A stretch of 64,000 bases of DNA from assembly GCF_963921235.1 (NCBI RefSeq), contig NC_086118.1, positions 24,244,001 to 24,308,000 on the forward strand. The letters are read 5' to 3'. Under the pieces are notes generated by a model. The model saw only the letters and a list, made by a program, of their open reading frames with translations. It was not told the DNA's origin and searched no databases. Origin of the DNA: Mobula hypostoma (taxonomy: Eukaryota). Below are positions 38,802 through 51,600 of this stretch, piece after piece; positions within the stretch are counted from its first letter, which is position 1, and each line of letters starts with the position of its first letter. Position numbers and translations under genes: made by a program.

Positions 38802-41800
38802 AAACATATACAGCGTCCGTTTCATTCTGGAGACCACGCGTGCTCTCTTCTTTTAGCGAGTGTCTCCAGCCGCCCCGAGTAGTGGTCGAGGAGGTCGTGT
38901 CAAACCACCTCCGGGCCTGAGCCCACCCTGCATTTGAAATTGAAAAGCCGGCACGTGCGCCACCTGAACTGCTGCTTCCATAAAAGAAACCGCGTTAATA
39001 TTTTTACTTCAAATACATTATTATGAACTTACAGCATTGCTTCTATAATGTTTCTTTGTGGGTTGAAACGGAGCTCTACACGATCATGCTGCACGCATGG
39101 CACCCACCTTCACACCTTCCCGAACCAGAAGCTACACATAAGATGCGGCGAAACCGGAGGTGACGTCATGACATGCCGCCATACACCATAGACAATGAAT
39201 TTACCTTCGTTAAACTGTAACATAATTATCAACCTTTAACTTTAACTAGAAAATAGTTACAAACAAATCATTTAAAGCGTAGACCCAACAAAGTCAAATA
39301 AATGCCTTAAGGGCAACACACTCCCTGCCTGACCTTTGTAAGGTCACTATAAACATGGTATAGAACTTTAGTCTCTAGATCAGTCTTTAGGTAGAAGTGG
39401 AACAACATTTGTAACTGGTCTCAGGTTTCCTTTTCAGGGTTCGTTGTAAAGATGTGAACCGGTTGACTGCCTGCTCTTTGTTGTTTGGCAAGTGCTGGCA
39501 TGGTTCTCTGAACGGCAGTGGTGCCACCCAGTTGACGCTTCATCTCCAAAAACCTTTGTGTCCATTATTTTTAAGAAGATGGCGTCTTCCACCGGTGGAG
39601 CAAGTTTGTTATCATGCTTAGTTTGAGCGAAGACTGACTGTCCCAGTGTCTTCTCAGTTACTTTACTATGCTCGTGCCTTTGTTGCACTTCCTTGATATA
39701 CATGAAGCTTCTGCAAGGCTGAAAAATTTCTACTTTCTAGCATGTTAGTCTTAAGCGTGTTAACTGTCGGTTTGTGCACGTTGCCAAGGCAGTCCTCTCC
39801 TATCACCACCCAGCCCAGATCCAGACGTTGGGCGAAGGGGCATTGTCTGGTCTATTGACCTGCTGCCTGACTTTGTGCACCCTAAGAATGTCTCTTCCAA
39901 GTAGCAGGAGTATCTCTGCTTCCGGATCCAGTTCTGGGATGTGCTTGGCAATGTGGTGGAGATGGGGCTGGTGTAGCACTGAGCTTGGCATCGTAATCTC
40001 AGATCGGTTATCCATGATCTCATTGCACTCTAAGAGTGGAGGGAGACTGACGACGACTTTGCCATCCAGCGACTCGAGCTGGAAGCCTTCTGCCTTCCTG
40101 CCATATATTTCTGCGATGCCACAGCAAGTTCTGAGGTAGTATGGGAATGGATTATACTTTACGCTGAACAACTCGAAGAACTCTGGTCTCACTAGTGAGT
40201 GGTCGCTCTGGTCATCCAGAACTACATAGGCTTTGATGGCCTTGTCTTTGGCTCCCTTAGGGTATACCTTAGTGAGGCAGATCTTTGAGCATGAACGACT
40301 TGACTGACCTGGACTGCAAACTTCTGTGCAGCTCGAGCTGACAATAGTTGTATTGGAGTGATTCTCTCCCTCCCAGCCAGTCTCTTGTGGGAGTGGAGGA
40401 GCCTTGGCAGTTTGTGGTGACGGGCCGGGATGTATGACTCCATCGTGATTAGTTCTGTTACATTCCGAGCACTTTACGGGGAACATACACTCTTTAGCGA
40501 GGTGGGAGGTAGAGGAACAGCACTTAAAACATATTCTTTTTTCCTTGAGAAGGGCCTTTCTTTCGTCAAAGGGTTTGTTTCGAAAAATTCTGCATTTTTT
40601 TGAGGGGGTGAGGTTTGTTGTGCAATGGACAATTCTTGCTTGGGTCATCGTTGATTGCGGAGACTTCGGTTTTATGTACTGAGGCAGGTTTATTGATGAC
40701 AAAATTGTTCAAAATGGGTTTGACTGGCTTGGTGTGAGTTGTGGTGTTGCCTTGATTTATGAAGCTAGGGTCGTTTCACCTCTTCGCCTCCTTGCACACA
40801 AACCTACTAAAATACTCAACGGGAGGGAATCGACCACCATTCTCTTCCTGGTACTCTGAGCCAATAGACACCCATCTTTCCTGCAGCCCAAATGAAAGTT
40901 TGTCCACAATTGGTCCAAAACTGCGTGAGGTGTCCAGATACAACAGGCCAGTTAAATAGCCATCTTCTTTAGCACCTTGAATCTCCATGAGTAAATCTCC
41001 TAGTTTTCGTAATTTAGTGTGGTCCTTGGCTGACACCCAAGGAAAATTGTCTATCAGTTGAAATAGCGCCTTCTCAATAATTTCGGGGGCCGCATAGCAG
41101 TCCCGAAGTCTCTCCCATGCTTTGTGTAAGGCTAGCTTGGGGTTGCTGACGTACACTGAGCGTATGCGTTTCCTGTTCACTTGATTCCTTTCCCAGCCAT
41201 TTAGTCATAAGGTCCAACGCTTGGGTTGCTGTGAGCTGGACTCTGCCGGTGGCACTGGTGACTGAGGAGTACCACGCACAGTGATTCTCAGGCTTATCGT
41301 CAAACTGGTACAGTCCTGAATTGACGAGGTCTTGCCACGCTAAATACTGTGCTAAGGGTTCTGCTGCAGGTGGTGTGCTAGCTGGGGGAATATGTTGGGG
41401 GACATCTGACTGAGCGGGTTTGTTCATCATGGGAGTTGATGTTCTGATTTCAGCCTTTGTCTCTGATCTCGCCAGATCTGGTAAGTTTGGTGTCGGGAAG
41501 TATTCGTAATCAGCCCTTTCATGCTTGAGTTTGTGGCAAGGTTGCAACTGTGAGTTGTCTTCCCCAGGTGGATGCGATGCAACAAAGCTTCCCTGTGATT
41601 TCACATGAGATGGGACGCCAACGGGCAAGTATGAAGAGGGAGAATGAATGAATCTGCAGGTCAATTTGAGATTGGTCATATTCGCTAGTCCATCCCAATT
41701 TGGCCCTTTCTGACATAGATTTTCCTGCTTTGTCTAGAATGTGCATTTCTTCAGCGTTTTCCAACACGTGCTTCCACCGCGGCAGCATCAGCTTCTCGTT

Positions 41801-42732
41801 GTAGCGTCAGCACTTCTAACTCTGTGTCTATCCTTGCCTTTTCCAACTGGTTTTCCGTTTCTCTGGCAGCCTTTTCTATTTTCAGTTTTTGCTTCTTGGG
41901 TAGCGCATGACGCTCGCACCTTGGCGGCTTCTGCTTTAGCTCCTGCAAGGGCAGCCACACTTGTCGATGTCCTACTGCTCTTGGCGCTGAGTGCAAGCGA
42001 CTTGATGCTTGATCGCGAAGCCATCGTACCACATGTCGAAACACCAAATGATCGCACCTTTTCACTGTAGTGTTCTCGTGCAGTGTGTTGAAACTCTGAC
42101 TAAACGCCAAGTTAAACCAGAGCCAATGAAGACAGAGTCGTAGTAAGGTTAACCATTTACTGTTCACTCTTCCACATTAACATCATATGGTGAAAACTGT
42201 TGATAAAAAACACAAACATATACAGCGTCTGTTTCATTCTGGAGACCACGCGTGCTCTCTTCTTTTAGCGAGTGTCTCCAGCCTCCCCGTGTAGGGAGCG
42301 AGGGGGTCATGTCAAACCACTGCCAGGCTTGAGCCGACCCCGCATTTGAAATTGAAAAGCTGGCACGCACGCCACTCCGACTGCCACTTCCTTAACAGAA
42401 ACCGCTTGAATATTTTTACTTCAAATACATTCTTATGAACTTACGGCGTTGCTTCTATAATGTTTCTTTGTGGGTAGAAATGGAGCTCTTCACCATCATG
42501 TTGCACGCATGGCACCCACCTTTACACCTTTCCGAACCGGAGGTTGCACATAAGATGCGGCGAAACCGGAGGTGACGTCATCACATGCCGCGATGTACCA
42601 TACACAATGAATTTACCTTTGTTAAACTGTAATATAATTATCAACCTTTAACTTTAACTAGAAAGTCGTTACAAACAAATCATTTAAAGCGTAGACCCAG
42701 CAAAGTCAAATAAATGCCTTAAGGGCAACACA
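38802..42732 (-). mobile_element. BEL/Pao LTR retrotransposon, internally deleted
   Basis: LTRs at 42066-42732 (TG...CA) and 38802-39320 (truncated); PPT AGGCAGGGAG at 39330-39321. Gag with Cys/His knuckles (CFKCCSSTSHLAKEC), protease-like LDDQS, and BEL-type C-terminus RPVTNVVPLL. Confidence 0.88.
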
Positions 42733-43417
42733 ACTATTTATTTTTCTTTGCATTTCATTTTAGCCAATTTGACGCTGTGTGCTCCTTCAGGTGGCAGCAG
42801 GTTTTCATGCACTGGAAGGATAGTGCATATGCATCGACCGATCAGTACTTGGGCTGGTGAAAGGCCCTTCTGCAGTGGTGAACTTCTATAAATCATCACA
42901 CTTTTGTGGAAATGCTCTTGCCCATCTTGCGCTTTCTGCCTGAGACGCTTCACTACCCTGGCTATTAGAGTTTGGGTGATCTGGGCTTGAAGCTGTATGT
43001 CAAAAGCCCAAATCATTGGCAAAGGACTCAAATTCACAGCTTTAAAATTGTGGACCATTGTCTGATACCACTTCACATGGAACTCCATGCCTCACAAACA
43101 CAGCTTTCAGGAAGGTTATGACCGCTTTGCTGGATGTTGATTGCAGTATTGCAACCTCAGGTAACTGGAAAAGTAGTCTGTTACAACGTGATGACTCTTC
43201 CCATTACAATCAAACAAATCCACCTCAATTTTGAAGTACGATCTGTCTGGTACAGGGTGTGGTGTAAGCGGTTCTGCTTACTGCTTTGGTCCGTAGGTGA
43301 GGCATATTTCACATGAAGCAATGGTCTTGCTGATGTCCAGGTTCATTCTAGGCCAATACATCATTTCCCGAGCTCTATGTTTAATTTTTCCTCACCAAGA
43401 TACCCTTCGTGTATCTT

Positions 43418-46400
43418 AAACCATAAGACCATAAGACAAAGGAGCAGAAGTCGGCCATTCGGCCCATCAAGTCTGCTCTGTCGTTTTATCATGAGCTGAT
43501 CCATTCTCCCTTTAGTCCCACTCTCCTGCCTTCTCACCATAACCTTTGATGCCCTGGCTACTCAGATACCTATCAATCTCTGCCTTAAATACACCCAATG
43601 ACTTGGTCTCCACTGCTGCCCGTGGCAACAAATTCCATAGATTCACCACCCTCTGGCTAAAAAATTTCTTCACATCTCTATTCTGAATGGGCGCCCTTCA
43701 ATCCTTAAGTCATGCCCTCTCGTACTAGACTCACAACCATGGGAAACAACTTTCCCACATCCACTCTGTCCATGCCTTTCAACATTCAAAATGTTTATAT
43801 GAGGTCCCCCCTCATTCTTCTAAACTCCAAGAAATACAATCCAAGAGCGGACAAACGTTCCTCAAATGTTAACCCTCTCATTCCCGGAATCATTCTAATG
43901 AAACCTCTCTGTACCCTCTCCAACGTCCGCACATCCTTTCTTAAATAAGGAGACCAAAACTGCCCACAGTACTCCAAGTGAGGTCTCACCAGCGCCTTAT
44001 AGAGCCTCAACATCACATCCCTACTCCTATACTCTATTCCTCTAGAAATAAATGCTAACATTGCATTCGCCTTCTTCACCACTGACTCAACCTGGAGGTT
44101 AACCCTAAGGGTATCCTGCACAAGGACTCCCAATTTCTCTCCCCATTTAAATAATAGTCTGCCCATTTATTTCTTCTACCAAAGTGCATAACCATACACT
44201 TTCAACATTTTATTTCATTTCCCACTTCTTTGCCCATTCTCCCGATCTATCCAAGTCTCTCTGAAGACTCTCTGTTTCCTCAGCACTACTGGCCCCTCCA
44301 CCTATTTTTGTATCATCAGCAAACTTAGCCACAAAGCCATCTATTCCATAATCCAAATTGTTGAGGTACAACGTAAAAAGAAGCGGCCCCAACACAGACC
44401 CCTGTGGAACACCACTGGTAACCGGCAGCCAACCAGAATAGGATCCATTTATTCCCACACTCTGTTTCCTGCCAATCAGCCAATGCCCTATCCACGTATG
44501 TAACTTTCCCGTAATTCCATGGGCTCTTATCTTGTTAAGTAGCCTCATGTGCGGCACCTTGTCAAAGGCCTTCTGAAAATCCAAATACACAACATCCACT
44601 GCATTTCCCTTCTCTAGCCTACTTGTAATTTCCTCAAGAAATTGCAATAGGTTTGTCAGGCAGGATTTTCCTTTAAGGAAACCATGCTGAGTTCTGCCTA
44701 TCTTGTCATATGCCTCCAGGTACTCTGTAGCCTCATCCTTGACAATCGACTCCAACAACTTCCCAACCACTGATGTCAAGCTAACAGGTCTATAATTTAC
44801 TTTTTGCTTCCTTGCCCCCTTCTTAAACAGCGGAGTGACATTTGCAATCTTCCAGTCCTCCGGAACCTTGCCAGAATCTATTGACTTTTGAAAATCATTG
44901 CTATAATGCTTCCGCAATCTCCACAGCTACTTCCTTCAGAACACAAGGGTGCATTCCATCTGGTCCGGAAGATTTATTTACCCTTAGACTATTCGGCTTC
45001 CTGAGTATTTTCTCTGTCGTAATTGTGACTGTGCACCCTTCTCTTCCCTGATACCCTTGAGTGTCCGGTATACTGCTGATGTCTTCCTCAGTGAAGACTG
45101 ATGCAAAATACTCGTTCAGTTCTTCCGCCATCTCCTTATCTCCATTACAATTTCTCCAGCATCATTTTCTATCGGTCCTATATCTACTGTCACCTGTCTT
45201 TTACACTTTATATACTTGAAAAAGCTTTTCGTATCCTCTTTGATATTATTTGCTAGCTTCCTTTCATAGTTCATCTTTTCCCTCTTAATGACCTACCAAG
45301 TTTCCTTTTGTAAGCTTTTTAAAATTTCCCAATCATCTGTCTTCCCACTAATTTTTGCTTCCTTGTCTGCCCTCTCCTTTGCTTTAACTTTGGTTTTGAC
45401 TTTTCTTGTCAGCCATGGTTGCATCCTTTTTCCATTTGAAAATTTCTTCTTTTTTGGAATATATCTGTCTTGCACCTTCCTCACTTCTCACATAAACTCC
45501 AGCCACTGCTGCTCTGCCATCCTTCCTGCTAGTGTCCCTTTCCAGTCAACTTTGGCCAGTTCCTCTCTCATGCCACTGTAATTTCCTTTACTCCTCTGAT
45601 ATACCGACACATCAGATTTTGGCTTCTCTTTTTCAAATTTCACAGTGAATTCAATCATGTTATGATCACTGTCTCCTTCGGGTTCCTTCACCTCAATCTC
45701 GCTAATCACCTCTGGTTCATTACACAATACCCAATCCAGTACAGCCGATCCCCTAGTGGGCTCAACAACAAGCTGTTCTAAAAAGCCATCTCGTAGACGT
45801 TCTACAAATTCTCTCTCTTGAGATCCAGTGCTGACCTAATTTTCCCAATCCGCTCGCATGTTACGATCTCCCACAATTATCATAACACTGTCCTTCTGAC
45901 AAGCTTTTTCTATTTCCTTTTGTAAATTGTAGTCCACATCACTGCAGCTGTTTGGAGGCCTATAAATAACTGCCATCAGGGTCCTTTTACCCCTGCGATT
46001 TCTTAGCTCAACCCATAAAGTTTCTGCACCTTCCGATCCATGTTACCTGTTGCTAATGATTTAATATCATTTCTTACCAATAAAGCCATGCTTCCCCCTC
46101 TGACTACCCTCCTATCCTTCCGATACACCGTGTATCCTTGGACGTTCAGCTCCCAGAGACATGCATCCTTTAGCCACGTCTCAGTGATGGCCACAATATC
46201 ATACCTGCCAATCTGTAATGGTACAACAAGATCATCCACTTTATTCCTTATGCTGTGTGCACTTAAGTATAACACCATAAGTCCAGTATTTGGTACTTTT
46301 TGCTTTGCTTGCACTGCAACTTTATTGCACTGTAACTCATCCCAATGGCTGCAAATTTTCCCCACCACCTGCCTGTCCTTCCTGACATCTTTACTGCTCA

Positions 46401-46783
46401 CTATCTTAGATTTATTTCTGTTTTTCCCCTCCTCTGCTCTATCATTCCGGTTCCCATCCCCCTGCCAAATTAGTTTAAACCCTCTCTAACAGCTCTATTA
46501 AACGTTACCACCAGGATATCGGTCCCCTTAGGGTTCAGGTGTCACTCGTCCTTTTTGAACAGGCCATACTTCCCCCAGAAGAGATCCCAATGATCCAAGA
46601 ATCTGAAGCCTTGCTCCCTGCACCAGTCTCTCAGCCACACATTCATCTGCCTGGTCCTACTATTCTTGCTCTCACTAGCATGTGGCACAGATAGCAATCC
46701 TGAGATTACTACCCTGGAGGTCCTGTTTCTCAGCTTCCTTCCTAACTCCCGGAAATCTCTCTTCAGGACCTCCTCCCTTTTCC
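43418..46783 (-). mobile_element. CR1 LINE, long copy: ORF1 esterase C-terminus + ORF2 (APE + RT), disrupted
   Basis: VVISGLL...MNVWLRDWC (ORF1); AITETWL, DSDHN, NYRPVSLTS, GVPQGSVLGP and FADD (ORF2). 6-bp duplication tatctt at 43412-43417 and 46784-46789; removing the insert restores Gypsy integrase EMFQKIHEGYLGEEK. Confidence 0.93.
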
Positions 46784-49280
46784 TATCTTCTGGAACATTT
46801 CCCTCTGTAGCAACAACGGAATCACAAAGCCCCGTTCCCTTTGAAGACCATGTCGTCCACTACTGACAGTTCAGCTTTGCATGCCAATAATCCAGAATAC
46901 ACATTGGACAGTCATTCTTAGCTGCTGGTCATCCTTACTGTATTGTTTCTTTGAGTACTTTCATCGTTTCATCTGTCCCTACTGCTGTCCTAACCTTCTC
47001 TGTTCTATTGGGAGATACTTGAATGGAGGCAACAATCATGTCAACATAGGCCTGTATATCAGCATTAATTTCTTGGTTATTCTTCTCTTTCTTGTTGACT
47101 GCTCAAGACAACACATCAGCAGCAAACATATATTTTCCTGGTGTGTAAATCATCTTCACCTCATATTTCTGCAGCCTTATCAACATGCACTGTATCCTCA
47201 TCCGGGCAGTCATTTAGTGGTTCGGAGATAATTGAGACCTAAGTCTGCCTCCTCTTCAAAAGTTTGCCCATAGACGTATTGATGGAAACTTTTACATGTA
47301 TATGTGCTGGCAAGAAGTTCTTTCTCTAATTATGCATAGTTGGCTTCCATACTTGTTAAAGCCCTTGATACATAGGCCACAGGTTGCCATGTGTCATCAT
47401 GCTGCTGTAGTAGTACTGCTCCAAGGCCAAACCAAGACACATCAGCCAAGATCCTGGTACACTTCTCCAGATCATAAAACTGTAGCACATCTCTTCAGTT
47501 AGGACTCTTTTCAGTCTCTGGAAATGCTCTTCTTGCTCGTGAGACCAAACCCACTCATTTCTCTGCTCAAGGAGTGACTTAAGTTGTGCTGACACAGTAG
47601 ACAGTTGAGGAAGGAACTTAGCCAGGTAAGTCACCATCCCCAAGAAATGTTTCACCTTCTCCTTGTTTTGGAGCCTCTCCATGTTTTCAATGACTGACGT
47701 CTTTCTTGGGCCAGGTTTCAACCCCTCCTCCAAAATGACATCTTCTATGAAAGTTGGTATCTTAACACCAAACTCACATTTCTCTTTATTGAATCTCATA
47801 TTGACATTCTGTGTCACATCAAACACCTGTCTCAGTCGTGCATCATGTTCATCCTTGGTGGATCCCCAGATGATTATGTCATCCATCATGGTCTCAGCAC
47901 TAGGTATGTTCTCAAAGATCATGTGGATGGTTTTATGGTAGACTTTTGATGCGGACAGAATCCCATACGGTAGACAAAGCCAGTGATATCTTTTCTGTGG
48001 TGTGTTAAAAGTTCATAGTTTCGAACTTGCCTCATCAAGCGTCATCTGCCAAAACTCAGTCGATACATCAAGTTTGCTAAACCACACGGCACCTGCAAAA
48101 TGGGACATGATCTCCTCCCATGCTGGCAGTTTAAAATGCTCTCTCTTGATGGTTTTATTGAGATTTCTTGGGTCTAGGCGTACCCTCATTGCTCCATTCT
48201 TCCGTTGCACAGTGGCTAGTGAACTCACCCAGTCTGTGGGTTCTTTAATTTTCTGTATGACATTTATCCATTCCACATGTGCTAGCTCTTCTTCAAGTTT
48301 GTCTCGAAGTGCAAAGGAACTTTCCTACATGCATGGACAACTGGAGCCACTGTCTCATTTGTACGAATTTTGTGTACACCAGGTAAGCATCTGAGTTCTT
48401 CAAAGACATCTGCATACTCTTCCATGAGTGAAGTGAGGTCATATTTGGACTGTGAACCCACTATGAAAACTCTTTTCACCAGATTGATCTTTTCACATGC
48501 ACTCAGACCTAATATTGACTATTCTCTCTTTTCTACAACCAGTAGTTGCTGCCCCTTTTGCTTGAAAGTCACTATACAGCCTCCTTTCACTGGGAAGTTC
48601 TCACCAGTTTACCACTGGGTAAATCTCGCTCTTTACTTTGAGAGCTTTGTAATCAAACATGGAGAACAGATTCACCTGCCTCTGGTATCAAGCTTGAATG
48701 GAATTACTGTCTTATTCACAGTCACTGGAATAATCAGCACCAGCAATGGCAATCTGTAGAGAATCCACGAAGACTTCCTCCATTTCTTCAGCAACCGTGT
48801 GCACCTTACTCTTGGTAGCCCCAGCTTTGCAGCACTTTGCTGAATGATTCTTCTTTCCACATTTATTACAGGGCTTTCCATAAGCACGTCGCATCTTTGG
48901 GATGTGACTACCTCCACATTTGCCTCATTTGCTGTTGAACTGTGTGAGCCTTCCTCTTTGCTTTGCCGTTGATTTGGCAAACTCTGCGTGCTCTGCCCCT
49001 CTGTTTTCACTGCATGTTGTGTTGTGCCTGCCTTGTGCAGCATTTTAGCTTGTGTTCGCACGTTTCTGCTGCCCTACACATACCCACCTCGTTTTCCAGC
49101 GTCAAATCTTTTTCATGGAGTAATCTTTGTCTGAGTCCGTTTTCTGTGATTCCACAAACTATTTTATCTCTTACTAATGAGTGTCTCAAATCTTTGAACT
49201 CACAGGACTTCCTCAGTACGTGAAGCTCAGCTAATTATTTGTCAAAAGGAACACTTCGTTTCTGAAAAAGGATCTAATGC

Positions 49281-51600
49281 TTTCCTGGCATATATGAAGA
49301 ATAAACTCTTCTCAGGCTTCAAACATAGAAATATAGAAACATAGAAAATAGGTGCAGGAGTAGGCCATTCGGCCCTTCGAGCCTGCACCGCCATTCAGTA
49401 TGATCATGGCTGATCATCCAACTCAGAACCCTGCCCCAGCCTTCCCTCCATCCCCCCGATCCCTTTAGCCACAAGGGTCATATCTAACTCCCTCTTAAAT
49501 ATAGCCAATGAACTGGCCTCAATTGTTTCCTGTGGCAGAGAATTCCACAGATTCACCACTCTCTGTGTGAAGAAGTTTTTCCTAATTTCGGTCCTAAAAT
49601 GCTTCCCCTTTATCCTCAAACTGTGACCCCTCGTTCTGGACTTCCCCAACATCGGGAACAATCGTCCTGCATCTAGCCTGTCCAATCCCTTTAGGATTTT
49701 ATACGTTTCAATCAGATCCCCCCTCAATCTTCTAAATTCCAACAAGTATAAGCCTAGTCGATCCAGTCTTTCATCATATGAAACTCCTGCCATTCCAGGA
49801 ATCAATCTGGTGAACCTACTTTGTACTCCCTCTATGGCAAGGATGTCTTTCCTCAGATTAGGGGACCAAAACTGCACACAATACTCCAGGTGTGGTCTCA
49901 CCAAGGCCTTGTACAACTGCAGCAGTACCTCCCTGCTCCTGTACTCGAATCCTCTCGCTATAAATGCCAGCATACCATTCGCCTTTTTCACCGCCTGCTG
50001 TACCTGCATGCCCACTTTCAACAACTGGTGTATAATGACACCCAGGTCTCGTTGCACCTCCCCTTTTCCTAATCGGTCCCCATTCAGATAATAACCTGTT
50101 TTCCTATTTTTGCCACCAAAGTGGATAACTTCACATTTATCCACATTAAATTGCATCTGCCATGAATTTGCCCACTCACCTAACCTATCCAAGTCACCCT
50201 GCATCCTCTTAGCATCCTCCTGAAAGCTAACACTGCCACCCAGCTTCGTGTCATCCGCAAAGTTGGAGATACTGCATTTAATTCCCTCATCCAAGTCATT
50301 AATATATATTGTAAACAACTGGGGTCCCAGCACTGAGCCTTGCGGTACCCCACTAGTCACTGCCTGCCATTCTGAAAAGGTCCCGTTTATTCCCACTCTT
50401 TGCTTCCTGTCTGCCAACCAATTCTCTATCCACATCAATACCTTGCCCCCAATACCGTGTGCTTTAAGTTTGCACACTAATCTCCAGCCAAGTACAGGTA
50501 TCAATTTTACCTGATGTTTTGATGACAAACTCTGCTGTCTTCATCGGGGATGATGCTTTGGCATGTCTAGTCCAATGGTATTTATGCCCTTATCATCCAT
50601 CCCTCCTGATTGATTAGTCCTCATCCAATCAGGTTTCCGCTGTCCAATCTTGTTTATAATTGAATTACATTTCTCTGTTAGAGCAAGACCTTCATCTTTG
50701 TTAAAATTATTTTCCTCTAATTTTATCTGAATGGCTTCCTTTACTAGGCAGTCTCAAAAGCCATTGGCATGGCACAGTAGTTTTGTGCCATCGAAGTCAA
50801 CCTTATGGCCTTTGAGAGTGCAAAGTTCTGCTACTGCTGCTTTCTCCGGGTAACCCAAACGGATGCACCTCTTGTGCTCCTTGATGTGGGTTTCCACTGT
50901 ATTCACAGGGAATCTTGTAAATGCCAGCCATCCTGAGTCCCAGCTCATCTTTGACCTGCATAAACTGTGGTCTGAGTTTCCTTCTGGGTTTGTGGGGTAT
51001 TAATCCGGTATTTCTTCAGGATCCTGGCAATCCTTCCAGAAACCGTGGAAATATAGGGAAGACAGAAGGTAGCGACAGTTTCTTCCTCAATGTTAGGTTT
51101 CCTGGTTTTACCGTCAGTCCTTTTAAGGGCACCATTGATTTTTTTCATCTTGTGGCCAATCTGAGGGAACGTCATGCACAATCATCTTATTTCCTCGTGA
51201 AGACTCTCTGAGCCCAAAATAGTTTTTGCACGGTTAATCAAAGTAGAAAGAACCGCCGTACTTTGGGAGGCGTGATGGTGGCTGTTATTGTTGAGGCATA
51301 AGTCCGTGTGAGTGGGTTTCCGATAGACGCCATATCCGAGGCTACCATCCAGTTTCCGTCGTATTAGAATGTCCAAGAATGGGAGGCAACATTCTTCTCC
51401 TTCTCCATCTCCATCATAAATTGAATGTTTGGATGTATGCTGGTCTGATGGTTGTGGAACTGTTGGATTGCCTGGAGTCCATGAGGGACACTACGAAGGT
51501 ATCACCGAAATATATGAAGAAGCAGTTGGCGCATAAGTGCGATGAACTCAGAGCCCTCATTGTCAAAGTCTTCATGTTGAAATTAGCAATAGCCAGTAAC
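49281..51600 (-). mobile_element. Decayed Penelope/Poseidon-type PLE (RT thumb + GIY-YIG remnants, degenerate hammerhead), interrupted by CR1
   Basis: VYRKPTHTD, LPYISTVSGRIARIL and KEHKRCIR..SAVAE-like motifs; CCGATGA...AAAACATC degenerate core near 50512-50548. Confidence 0.8.
49321..50484 (-). mobile_element. Young 5'-truncated CR1 (RT C-terminal half open) nested in a Penelope/Poseidon-type PLE
   Basis: ORF 49404..50528 with GVPQGSVLGP, FADDTK and LVRPHLEYC; 8-nt tandem tail (tttctatg). Confidence 0.93.
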
